The translations under genes and the position numbers were made by a program. A DNA stretch of 64,000 nucleotides from Geosiphon pyriformis uo1 (Eukaryota > Fungi > Glomeromycota), in assembly GCA_016748015.1 (NCBI GenBank), contig JAAOMT010000659.1:871222-935221 (forward strand), written 5' to 3'. Below the pieces are notes generated by a model. It was not told the DNA's origin, searched no databases, and was given only the letters and a program-made list of their open reading frames with translations. Every line of letters begins with the position of its first letter. Position 1 is the stretch's first letter. Below, one piece after another: positions 36,420 to 49,362 of the stretch.

Positions 36420-38070
36420 ATATATAAAAAATACATAAGTTATATGTATTGTATATTATTTTAAATAATAATTTAAACTAAGTATGAATTATGTTTTTTC
36501 TATATGTAACCAGCCATTTGGACTGATTAGAACAATACTATATACTTATATAAACCAAAACTAAGTCTTTAATGCCTAAAAAAAACAAGCAAGACTTACA
36601 TAAGCCAAAACTAACACCAAATGTTTCAGTAATACTGAGCAGTCTAATTACATCAACAGAAAACACCATAGACAATTCAAAAATAAAAACAAAAACCAAA
36701 CTATTATGTGAAATCAGCCTATTTTTTTTCATAAAGACATGATGCTTAATATGAATCAACCAAACCTCTTTCCTAAAAACAAGCCAAAAATCATGCACAA
36801 AACTTATAATCTTCAGACCTGCAACTTTGGAATCACCAAAAACAAAAACAGCCTCTTGATGTTAATTATTAAGAACAAAGCTCTTGCAAAAAGTCATACA
36901 TTGTAACATTAGAAACACAAGAAAACATTAACTGAAATACACATAAAAAAGAATGAAGAAAACCAAAAAGCACTTTTTAAGTATCTGCATAGACATTTAA
37001 CAAATAATGGTAAACAGAATTGTTAATTGTGCAAAAAAAAACATGGTCTGAGATCTCAACATTATCACAATACAAACATATTATATTGAAGTAATACTTA
37101 TTATACAAATACTTTTAAATAACAATGAATAGTTAATAGTGCAAAGCTTTTATAAAATAACTATAAACACTAGTAGTAAGTCTACTAGTGAAACCAGTAG
37201 TCATATGTAAGTTAAAATGCTATACCAAAAATGAACTAAGCCAATTAATGTTTGAGAACAAACAATTAGCCAGAATCTTAAAACCAAAACTGATCTTCAA
37301 GTGTGCATAATAAATAAAGCAAAAAATTTTATAAACAAAATATTTAGAATTACTAAAAACAATATTACCACCAGTTTTAATATAATGTTTTTTCAATTGG
37401 AGAAAAAACACCAATTAAAGAGAGATACAATATTAGCAAATGCATCAATGCATTCATTATCCAAAACATCTGAGTGATTTTTTACTTTGTGTCAGCTAAT
37501 ATTCAAATTTTTGTTACAAATAATGTCTACAATATGCTATCATTCAATCCAACACTAATTCCAAAAATTTGAACACATCAAATCCAATTTAGATTTGCAT
37601 GCATCCAAAACTACTTGACTATCTATAAATAATTGAACTAAGCCACAAAAGAGAACACACTTAAGAGCCAATACAATAATCTGTAACTTTACTAATATAA
37701 AAAACATTAAACCAGAAATCTCAACATTCAAATTTAAATTTACATTCTCAAAAAAAACCACAGTACTAGCTCTTATGTGGGTTGTTCTTAAGTTTTTTAA
37801 AGACCTATCTATATAGACAAACTACTAATATTAACATCTAATAAACAACCACAAACCAATTCAAATTTACTTGATTCGAAAATATTAAAAGATTCAGTAT
37901 TACCCAAAAAAGAGGAAGAAAGCCATACCACTAAAAAAGTTAACAAAAAGCTTAAATTATTCAGAAATAGGGCCATAAAAATCCAATTTCTTCCAATACT
38001 TGAAGGTTTTTTAATCAAAAATATTACTATTTCAACAATAAAATTAGTCCACAAAAGCAATACTATATCA
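36420..38070 (-). mobile_element. decayed LINE 3' portion (RNase H, C-terminus, 3' UTR)
   Basis: ORFs 36538-36798 and 37555-37761 align by eye to the LINE copy 2 ORF2 C-terminus and RNase H (DSQVVLDAC). The 3' UTR matches 58993-59060. Confidence 0.85.
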
Positions 38071-38699
38071 CCAAAGCAAATTTAATTATTTTTATAATTA
38101 GAATATAAATATTATTAAAAAATCTATTAACTTTAATAAAACAAAATTAATTAAATAAGTATTATATATATTTATTAAAACTAAATAATCAGTTATAATA
38201 AATATCAAAAAAATTATATTAATTAATTTTTGCTTTTTATATTTTATTTTAAACTTAAAATTAAATATTTAAAATTTTTTATAATAACTAACCAAAACAA
38301 TAATTTAAAATAATATTAACTTAAAAATTTTAAAAAAATTCAAAAACTTTTTATATTAATTTTTTAAACTCAATTTTTTATAAAAATTATATATTTTGTA
38401 TTAAGTTTTTGTTTAAAATAAACATTATAATATTAAAAAACCAATAATTAATATTTGATATAAAAAATTATTTTTTTATTTTTTTATTAAGATTTAATAA
38501 ATATAACCTAACTATTATCTAAAAATTAAAAACAAATTAAATATTCTAATACTAAATATAATTTATGTGCTTTTTATATATAACTAGTTATTTAAGTTAA
38601 TTCAAGCTATACTATGTTGATACTCTAAAAAAAACTTATTTAAAAAAAACATTTTTTAAACAATTTTAAACAATATAATAATATTATTAATCAATCCAA

Positions 38700-40677
38700 C
38701 CAGCCACTTATTTGTTTTTAAAATATCAGTCTTTATAACAACAGATTTATGTTTTCAAAGTAACATCAAATTAGAAAACATATTATTATTAACAAAAAAC
38801 AAATTCATATAAAGACCAGACATATTAAAATCCTTATAATTATACTCAATTTTCAAAGCAATTATTTTTTGTTTCAGCTTATTAAAAGCTTTGTTAAAAA
38901 TACTTATGTGTACTAAAAGTTTATTGACTTTAAGACCAAAAAGACTACTTAAAACCAAATTTTTATTAATAAATTGTTCAAACACAATAATTATAAAACT
39001 AACTGACTTAACAATAGAATTAACCAAAGCAAAAAACTTGGCCAACTCAAATTTTAAAGAGATTAATTAAGAAGAAATCACAAAATTATTAATCATTATA
39101 TTAGCAAAAAAAGCTAAACCAACCAAAACCAAAAAAAATGCAGAAGCAGCAGTTTTAACATAAAACTTGTTGTCAACAACAAAAAAAATAAAAGTCTTGG
39201 AAACTTTAAGAGAAAAAAATGAAGACATTTTACAATCTAAAGTCAAATAATTCAAATTCTAATACCAAAAACAGTGCTGATTTTTAAAAGTTTTTTATTA
39301 GATATGGCATTTTTTTAGCATATTAGTTTTAATAATTACAACATTTAAATCAACCTGAAATTTAAATATAATCAGAGTAAACTGGAAATAATAATTAGAA
39401 TCAAGAAAGCAAAGAATAAAATATGTTTAACCACTAACCTAAAAAATCATATTACTAATTTCAAAAACAGTACAACCAAAAAAAAAATTAACCAATTTGG
39501 TCTTAAACTTATCACAAAACAGAATAGTCTTATTTTGATTTATTAAGAAGAAGATTCTAATATTATTTTTGCTTATTAAAACCAATCAATAATTCAAAAC
39601 AGACACAGTAAAATCCAGTTTATTAAAATAAACAACCATATATTACCAAACACTAACAGATTTTAGCAAAACACAGACAACTTTATTAAACACATTAAAA
39701 ACAGTCTTAATATTAGCAGCAAATATATATTAGAAACATATTATATAGCATAACAACAGCAAAAAAAAAACCAAATTTAGAAATCACCAAAAACTTGGCA
39801 ATTTTAAAGATGACCAAAAAAACAAAGCTTATAAGTTCAACCAAAAAAACAGCTTTCAAAAATTCTTAAAAAGCAAACTCTATACAGAAAAGCTTTATAT
39901 TGTCTTTTGACATTGACTTTGTATCCAAAAAACCATGTACAGACTGAAAAACAGTCTTAACATAAGCCAATTTAATTTTGAAAGTAGTATTAAACACCAA
40001 AGTAGAAGCCATTTATTCAATAAATCTTTAATAACTAGTAATAATTTCTTAAGCACTATTAGTAGCAGTACCAAAAATCAATAAGAAGAATAATTCAGTT
40101 TCTAAAAACAGATGACTTTATAAAAGATAATTACTTTGTTTTTAAAACCAGTAAAAATTACCAGAAAATATTATATTTAGCAACACAATTAGTAGTTAAT
40201 CTTAGTCTATCTTAAATAACATATTAGATAATATAACAGAAATTTCATCTAAGATCTCATTAAAAATTACAAAAAAGTTCAGTATAACAATAGCAAAAGT
40301 AAATAACTGCTTCCATTTTTTGAATCTTTGGTCTTTTTAACTATTTTTTTAAAGAAGTAATGCTAATAACACCAGGTATAAAAGCTATAAAGAAGAAAAC
40401 CAGTTTGCTAACTAATCTGTTTTAAAAAATTTTGGGCTTTTAAAAAAGATAAAGACAATATTAAGACTAATTTATGTGTGTTTTTTTAAAAAAACTTTGA
40501 CTAAAAAAGAACTAGTCAAAAATAGTTTTTTATTATTAATATTAAAGAAAAAGTTTTCAAAACATTTTGTCTAGCAGTTTTTACAACAGAAAAAACTTTT
40601 TTGATTAAAACTTTGTAAAATGCTAAAAAAAAAGTATTAGTTATAGCTTTTTTACTTTTTGTTCTGGTTGTGATCAT
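38700..40677 (-). mobile_element. decayed ORF1 of another repeat family, probably a LINE
   Basis: Starts MITTRTKSKKA, has a decayed Cys knuckle region near 39250-39350, and has a homologous plus-strand copy at 50471. Confidence 0.55.
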
Positions 40678-41929
40678 AAAATTAAGAAAACAAAGAATAT
40701 TGTTATATTTAAATTTTATTTTTTAATAAATTTATTAATAATTAAATTTTTTTTATATAATAAATACAAAGTTTATTAAAATAATTTTTATAATAATATA
40801 ATTTTTTTAATATTATTAATATTTTTTTATAAAAAGTTTTAATAAATATAAATGTAAATTAATTAATTTATAGTTTATAAAACCAGATTTAATGTGTTTA
40901 AAATATTGAATTTGTATTAAAAAAACCCATTAAATTTTTTATTTCAATATAATTAATAAATTTAAATATATAAAACAATTTTTATAAAATATTTTTACAA
41001 ATTTATAAAATAATTTAATTATATACTAAGTATTTTTTTATATAATACTATATGTTTTAATAAATTGATTTTTATTTGTATTAACAAAATTAAAACAAAC
41101 TTCACAAAATTTTTTACCTAGTAAATTGGTATTTTTATTATTTATAATTTTAATATAATTTTAAATTTTAAATTATATAACACAAAAGTTTTTTTTAATA
41201 ATAAAACTAATTTGTTTTTTTTATTCATTATTTATTATAATAATTAATATTTTTAGTAATGTTTTTAATTATCAAATATTTAAACAGCTTGGCTATTTAA
41301 AAATAATTTAAAAATACTATTAATTAAAATAATATTAAGAATTAAAAAAATTATTTAAAGTTTTATTTTAATATTTAAACCAAAATTCAAATTAAAAAAC
41401 AAGTTGCAGTACTATTTATGGTTTTAAAAATATTAAAATTTTTTAATAATTTTTTAATATAAATAAAAATACATAAAAAATCAGTATTAAACTTTTTTTA
41501 ATCTTACAAAAAATCACAGTTAAAAAACCATTTTTAATATTATAATAAATTAAATTTAATAACAATATATCTAACTTTTTAGTATTTATTCTTTTTGTTT
41601 TGATAGTATTTATTTTAAAATCTAAAAAAACTTTTTTATGATTAATTTTAAACTTAATATTAATTATTATAATTTTTTTTAATATTTGTTTAGAATTAAT
41701 TTTTATATTATTAAATATATTAAATATATTTATTTTGTTATCTAAAAATAAAAATTTAACCAAAAAAAAATTGTTTTATCTTTAGAATTTTTAATATTAT
41801 TGTTTATTTTTCTGGATTTTTTAATAAAATTATGTATAATATCTTTTAAAGTTTTTTTTGGTTATGTTATTATTATTAATAACCATCAGTTTTAATATAA
41901 AAAAATTAATACTTTATAAAATATTAAAC

Positions 41930-42018
41930 AATAAAAAAACAAAATAAAACAAAATAAAATAAAATAAAATAAATAAAACAAAACAAATAAAACAAAATAA
42001 AATAAAATAAAACAAAAA
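41930..42018 (+). repeat. (AAAAT/AAAAC)n simple repeat
   Basis: Directly visible pentamer array, similar to the A-rich block inside family A LTRs. Confidence 0.8.
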
Positions 42019-43973
42019 CTTTAAAATTTTTATTTTATAAAATTTTAAATATAGAAAAGAAAAAACTTTTTAAGATATTTATTTTTAATAAACCAAAATA
42101 TTTTAATTTTTATTATTAATTAATATTTTAAAATTAATATTAATTATTTTATTATTATTAATACAATATTCAAAAATTTTATATTAAATATTTTAAAAAT
42201 TAGTATTAATTTATAAATATAATTAAATTATTTATTATTCTAAAATATACAATAATAAAAATTTGAAGCAGTTTAAAATAATTTTAAACAATATAAGCAA
42301 TTTAAATAAAATTCTTAAAATTTAATAAATTTTTACAAAACAAATATTATTAAAATTTAAAACAATAATAATTTGAAATTGTATAAAAAAAGCTTATTTT
42401 TTTTAATAAATATATTTAATAACAGAATAATAATTTTATTACAATTTACCAAAACAATTTTTTTTAACTAAATTATAATCAAGAAAAAAATCATAATTTT
42501 GGAATGTTTAATTATTAACTTTAATAAATTAGATTTATTTAAAATTATTAAACTCAAAAAAAACAAGTTTTTTATTTTTTTTTATTGCTTTAACAAAGTG
42601 TAATCAATTATTAACTATGATATAAATTTTACAAATAGTCATAATTAACACTTTTTTACATGTAATTAGCCATTAAAATCGGTTTAAAATATATAAATAA
42701 ATATTATAATTATTTTTAAAACTTTAACATAATATTATTAAAATTTATTAACCAAAAAATAATTTAATACCAAAACTTTTTAATAAATTATAATATTAAA
42801 TTAAATCTTAACTAAATTAAGTATTTTTCTATTATTAAAAATTACTTTAGAATAACAATAAATATAAATTGTTTTTATTTAAATTAAAGTTCTTAAAAAC
42901 AAGTTTGTAGTATATACATATAATTAATTAAAATTAAAAGTTATTTTACAATAATAAAAATTGGCAGCTTTATAAAATTATTGAATTTAAAAAAAAATGA
43001 ATTTATTAATATTAAAAAACAAAACTTTTAAAAATACTTTAAGTAATAAAAATAATTTCTGATCAAAATTATTTATTAGATATAAAAATTTGCTTATTAT
43101 AATAAATTATAAACATTTATTAATTTTATATTTAAAAAAAATATAGAATATTTTTATATAAAAAACATAATTAAAAATATAATTAATTTAGAAAATTTTC
43201 TTAAAAAAAAATGAATAATAAACAAAAACTATTACAAAAATTTTAACATTATTGTTAATTACATTAACTGTTAATTAAGTAATTCACAAAACTGATTTTT
43301 AAATTACAAATATATTTAGAATAATAACCAAAAAATTAAATTATTAAAAATACTAACAAACCAATTTTATAACAGCACAATTTTAAGTAAATACCAGGGT
43401 TTCAAAATGGAATTATTTTAAAAAAATAAAGCTTATTTAAAATTTATTACTTCTGTATAAATACAAATTAAATATTTTTAACTTATTAATATTTATTTTA
43501 TTTTTAATAGTTTTTTTAATAATACCGGTTTATCATGGTCTATACATTGCAAATATTGGCAAAAATTTAATTAAGATTGTTAAATTGCGTTGCAGTTAAA
43601 GGGCAAAAACATTTTGAGCCAAAATTCGTTTCCTTTTGTGCACATAATTATCTAGAAATTCATGTCCCCAAATAAACAGAAAATTTTTTGATTCCTTATT
43701 GCAGACAACAATATTCTTATGAATGTAGTACGATGATACCTGCCATCAAGTTTACATTCACAAAAAATTTCCACCAATAGAAAGACTCCATCATTATTTT
43801 TGCAGAACAAATGTGCAGTGTGATGGTTTCTTAAGGCTGAAAGAGTGAGCTTAGCAGCTCTCTTTTTACTGTCAAAGCAAAGATCTTTCTATTTAGTTTT
43901 GGTGGCTTTTGCATTTTTTAGTCGGTGGGATTTCGAATAGTTTAAGTAACTTCTACATAGCCCTTTTGGGAAA

Positions 43974-46072
43974 ATGGGTGATTATTTTCGTAGTTGATTG
44001 GTTTGATCATTACCGATTCGTGGTCAAAGCCTTTTTAACGCGAAACTTAACTTTAACGTATGCCGTTGATGCGATTTTAAAGCGAACAAAAGGAAAGGGA
44101 CTAAAATGTCCTTGGGTACTTTCTTGACCGATCAGTGTATGTAGGCACTAGGCTGTTAGTGATCCTTCACTCTTTTCTAGTGATATATTGATCTGTTGTT
44201 ATCTGGAAATCTTCAAATAAATGTATTTCGGTTATCAACCAGCAACAGGATCATGGGCTGATCAAATGGAAGATTTACCCTCTGCACGTAAGTATTTGGA
44301 CATGGTTTTTTCTTTGGAATAATTCATGATCTTGTAGCTGAAAATTTTTCAATTTTTTTCAATAGCTGCGGCCTCATTTTCAGGTAAGGTTCGAATTTTA
44401 GAATTCAAAGATATATCGTAAAACCTAATGTTAATGACACATATTTAATCTTTTAGGGGAAAACGAAGGTGGTGGATTTTCCGATCGTGGGAGTCGGGGA
44501 GGCTTTAATCGAAGCTATTCTAGAGGTATCAATAAAAATTACCATAGGATCATAAATTTAAAATTATATATTTTGTAGATATTTCAATCTTAGAAAATTA
44601 CTTCTAGATTCACGCTACGAAAGTCGTGACTCACCGCGTGATACTAGGTTTTCGTCTCGTGCTGAACGTCCACCACAACCTCTTCCTACATCTCCACCAT
44701 TTACGGCACATCTTGGAAATCTGCCTTTTGATTTAACAGAGCAAGACATTCAAAATTTCTTTCATGAATCAAAGGTTTGAAAATGCTTCATTTTTTATTT
44801 TTTATTCAAAGTTTTTGATTAGGCTTAAATGGAATTTGATTATAAATACAGATTTCCAATATCAGAATTCTTCGAGATAGAGAAGATAAACCTAAAGGTT
44901 TCGGATATGTTGAATTTGATGATTTAGTATCTTTAACAAAAGCATTAGAGTTGAGTGGCGAGGTATGAGGGATTTTTTTTCTGTTAAGTGGTTTTCGTTT
45001 ATGTAAGCTAGATTCCCATGAAATTTCTGATTTTTCTTGATAATTTTATCAGACGATTCGTAACAGAGTTATTAGAGTTAGTGTAGCCGAACCACGTGAG
45101 CAGCTTTTATTATTTTAATATAGGTTTAAAAAGTCTAATTTTAATGCACACCTTAGAATTAATGTCTAAAATTTGATAGCACGAGAGCGTGATCAGCAAG
45201 AAGATCGTACTGCAGGAGAATGGAGAAGAGCTCCCAGAGATTCTCCTTCTTCATCACCGAGAAACGATCGATTTGGTAGTGGTGATAGATATGGACATCG
45301 AGAAGATCGATGGAGTGGAAGAAGTGAGCCACGCGAGTCACGTGAATCTCGTGAAAGAAATACACGTAGTGATCGTGGTGATAGTAGTCCTCGTGGTGAT
45401 CGTGTTGACCGTCCAGAACGTGGAGGATTCCGTGATAGAAATGATCGTAGCATGGATAGAACCGATCGTAGTAGAATTGATACCGATTGGAAAGGTGGGG
45501 CTTTTAGTAATAGAGGAAATAGTTTTCGAGATCGTCGACCAGAGGAAAGACCTGGTAATTGTAAAATTGATTTATTTTTCAAGAAAATAAATAGAAAATT
45601 GAAATGCCTCCTTACTTTTATATATTTTACAGGGACATCCAACACTTCCCCTCCACCGCCATCTTCTTTTCGTAAACGGCTTGACCTAAAACCCCGCAGC
45701 AATACAGCTCCTGCTACCAATACTACTGCTACTACTGCTACTACTGCTATTACTACTACTACTACCGCTACTGCTACTGCTACCACCACCATCATTAATA
45801 CCACTGAAACTACATCATCATCATCACCAACACTTGAAGATTCATCTTCCTCATCATCTGTGACTTCAGCTCCTCGTGTCCATAAACCAAATCCTTTTGG
45901 GGATGCTAAACCAATAGATTCTGATGAAGCGCTGAGGCGTTTCGAAGAACGCAGAAAATTAAAAGAAAAAGAACGTGAAGAGAAAGAGTTGGCGGAAAAA
46001 GAATTAGCGGAAAAAGAAAAGAGTTCCGATTCCGAAAAAGTTATCATTACCAAGGAAAATGGGGATGGTTAA
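43974..46072 (+). CDS. TIF3: eukaryotic translation initiation factor 4B (RRM protein). Exons 43974-43977, 44083-44136, 44243-44287, 44366-44383, 44457-44525, 44608-44774, 44852-44962, 45053-45095, 45180-45554, 45633-46072
   Basis: All introns are GT-AG and keep frame. MSLGTFLTDQSTGSWADQMEDLP, PPFTAHLGNLPF (RNP2), KGFGYVEF (RNP1), DR-rich region, RKRLDLKPRS, KPNPFGDAKPID. The 4-nt first exon is the least certain part. Confidence 0.9.
45708..45800 (+). repeat. ACT/GCT trinucleotide repeat encoding a Thr/Ala tract in eIF4B
   Basis: TACTACTGCTACTACTGCTACT... directly visible. Confidence 0.85.
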
Positions 46073-46507
46073 AATAATACGTCTTCGATCTACGCAGGTA
46101 ATTTCATATATACATACCTATCCTGAATGAAACATCTGACAATCAAAAAAAAAGTCAACAATAATATTTAACTTTAGTTTTTGTTTATTATATTACTATG
46201 TAATCATGCGAAAGATATTTGATGCTTGTAGTTATTTAGAGCTAGCACGAAACACTTTACACAATATTCAAAATATTATTCTCAAAAATCACCCTATTTT
46301 TAATTTCAATTTAATCCTAAAAATTCTGCGTTCCCATCATAATTTGCTACAGCGCTAGCTACACTCAAAGGACTTTAAATCCTAAGCATAAAAAAGCGGT
46401 CACTAATAATGTGTCAGTACTGATCATCATTATTTACTAATAAATTTCTGATATGGATAAGAGTTTCTTCTCTTTGAACCAAGTTTTAATCAAATTACCT
46501 TAAAAAT

Positions 46508-47134
46508 ATGCCGCGCGCTGAATGGAACGGGGAGAGTAAGTTTGCAAAGTCTCAATCTTTTAAAGTGCTGCGAAAATGAAAAGATGCTTTCTTGCGTTCA
46601 CAAGAATTAATCCCGAATTTTATTGTAGTTATCGCAGAGAGCAATGTTTATGAGACTGTAGAGGGCAATATTTATGTATGTAATAATCCCGATAATATCT
46701 GAATAAAGGTGTAATTTTTTCTTTTTTTTTTTCTTAAACAGTTCCCACCAACCAGTATCAAACGTGAGCTTTTTATTGAAAGTCCTAACACCACCACTTG
46801 TTCCTGGAAAGGTGAGGCCCATTACTACACCCTCTCTGTAAATGGTATGTCTTTATTAATTTCTTTAAATTTTTGTATGTTTATTGTTAAACTTATAATA
46901 AGAATTTTTAAATTTTCTCGATTCATCTTTTTATAAAGGTTCTAAAAACAAAGATGCTGCTTGGTAAGCCACTAAAATACTCATCTTAAAATTTAATCAC
47001 TGCACCCAACTCAGAATGTATTCTGATAATTAAATTTTGGCCATACATATAGGTATTATCCGAACCCAAAACCTGCTGCTGCAAATATCGCTGGATATGT
47101 GGCTTTTTGGCGAGGGGTTACAGTAACTCCCTAG
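46508..47134 (+). CDS. DUF427 (NTP_transf_9) single-domain protein, 94 aa. Exons 46508-46535, 46629-46675, 46742-46844, 46939-46963, 47053-47134
   Basis: Four canonical GT-AG introns splice to MPRAEWNGEIIAESNVYETVEGNIYFPPTSIKRELFIESPNTTTCSWKGEAHYYTLSVNGSKNKDAAWYYPNPKPAAANIAGYVAFWRGVTVTP*. It carries the DUF427 motifs VEGNxYFP, TxCxWKG-A-YY, AAWYYP and VAFW. Confidence 0.92.
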
Positions 47135-47904
47135 ATTTCAGTGATTCGACGTATGCTGGTGGACACAATTGATAATCGGTCGCCTTTCCTTTTTTGTAGT
47201 TTCTGATTTCATTCTTAGTTATTGTTTCGTGATATTATTTCGAACCACTTGAATTGGTTATCATCAAATTGATTAAATTTTAAATATTTCACCCGCCATT
47301 AAGCAAACAAATGAATTAATAAGATTTTCTGCATAAAATTTACTGTTATTTTTGAATCATCTAGGTCATTAAAATTGATTTGGCTATTTCTAGTTTAACC
47401 ATAACAAAATTTTTCAAATATGGTGTATAATACATTAGGGAATAGTATACTTTCTCATTGTACAGCTTCCGAGATGGGTTTGAATAAATGCTACTTGCCT
47501 GGATTATAAAATAAAGGTGCTTATAAACTCTTCATTATCAATCGTCATAATGAATTTCTGCGTGAGAGAACTAAGTTGGATATTTGTAATTGTGATTATC
47601 AGAATATAGTATATACAAAAATACAATGGGATAGGCAAACGTGAACAAACGTCGATGGCCCAAATAAAAAAGGTAAATGCAAATCGGCACATTGTATTAT
47701 CGGCTATCACCATCATCAATTTCCCTTGAAGAATTTCCACCTTATTCAAATTTTTGAGAAAAGAAATTCATCGTGATTTTGAAGCCAGAAAAAGTTAGAT
47801 TCTGATGTAGCGGATCGGCGGAAATCCTAATCACGGGACAACAAATCTCCTTCCATGTCGAAAATTCCTATCATTGCTAAGAAAAAATTTTCCTTTTTCT
47901 TCAT

Positions 47905-49362
47905 TCAGCCAGTCCTATGTTGGTCATGTCTGGAAGTTATTTCATAGCTATTCCTTCGAGAATCATTTTGTTCCCCTTCCAATAAATAAGTTTCTGAAGA
48001 TTCGGATAATACAGATTGTCTGTCAAAATAGCGATCAACTGAAGAGTAAGAGGGTGGTGGGAGAGTGAGATCAGCCAATGAAATGTCCAAGGCGGCTTCA
48101 GGTTGTACCTCCATGCCTACTTGGGTGTATGAGATACGAGGAATATCTTCGGAGGGACGTCCTCTTGAGCTGGATTCTAAAAGAATTGATCCTCGTTCTG
48201 ATCCATAAGCGGGCGGAGGGGCAAGTGTTCCCATAGACGGAGCAAGTCCCCATTTTTTGACGTTTGCCTCAATAAAAACAAATCCAAGTTGCCCAAAATT
48301 TACATGAACACAGCAAGGTCCATTGGCCCCAACAGTAGGGAATAAATTCATTTTCATTCCAGTAAACGCATCGTCCAATTTTTTTCCATTGCGAGTGAAA
48401 AAAATTGTACCAGTTCGAGGACGGAATCCAACTCCAATAACGTCACCTTGCTGGAATTGCGGACCATAGGTTTTTCCATTAAAGGGTGAATTGTAGTACT
48501 TTAATCCAGAGTCTGAAAAATAAGATACTGAATGGCGATTCCAACCTAATATCAATAAATAAGAGTTAATGTGAGAAAATTAATAGTATTCAAATAATTC
48601 CATAACGTTCAAAAAATATACCTGGAAGACGAAACAAAGGATAAGGTTTAGTAGCTAATCCGACGGCAACTGTGGTGGATGATGGTTTTTCATACATCTT
48701 TGCTTCCCAATAATATACCTCTTGTTGTTTTGGTAAAGGTAAATTAGTTTGAACACAGCATTCACCATCATAAAATGCTATTTCCGTTCGGCATTCCACG
48801 AAACAATGGGTGTGATGTAGATCAGGTTCAAATTCCCAAGCTGAGACACCTTTTTCTTGAATAGAAAGAAATTGCGAAAGGGTAATATCTGTAGAGATGC
48901 CATCCGGGGGATATGCTTCTTGAAACACTTTTTTTCCGAGAAGGGATTTCAATTAAAAGATGAATTAAGATAAAATGGAAAAGAATCATTTTTTGGTTTT
49001 CAAATTATCAACAATCGCTAAAGTAATAACTTACGACGAGCACGTTCATAATTCTGTCGAGCAGCTTCGTCTAGAGTTTCAACCAGGCTTGCTTCTGCCC
49101 GAGCAATTTCTGGATCATTGACGTCCGGTATTCTGTTTTTATTAACGGCGGCAAGCCGATGACGAAAGCATGCCCAAATAACTATGAGCATTATAATAAC
49201 AAATGCACTAATTGTTCCGACAAGGGCAAAATTTGTCGACTGAGATCTTTTTGCATTTGCGGTATCATCAGTTTTGACTAAAGAGAGTTGCAGCAGAAAG
49301 ATAAATACTATGAAAGGGAGAGTGTGCTTTAAGCGGTACAAGTTTAAAAGTTTTTTAGGCAT
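47905..49362 (-). CDS. SSH4: Ssh4/Ear1-family SPRY-domain Rsp5 adaptor. Exons 49362-49035, 48927-48622, 48545-47905
   Basis: Hydrophobic N-terminus plus a TM helix, IQEKGVSAWEFEPD, YYWEAKMYEKP, KPYPLFRLPGWNRHSVSY, GFVFIEANVKKWGLAP, and PY motifs PPAY and PPSY. Introns are GT-AG. Confidence 0.92.

Noticed and set aside
43909-44127. 72-aa ORF upstream of eIF4B
   Set aside because: Overlaps the 5' UTR, intron 1 and exon 2 of the spliced gene out of frame, with no independent support.
45193-46053. 286-aa antisense ORF over eIF4B
   Set aside because: Mirror of low-complexity Arg/Asp/Ser/Thr codons with no recognisable domain.
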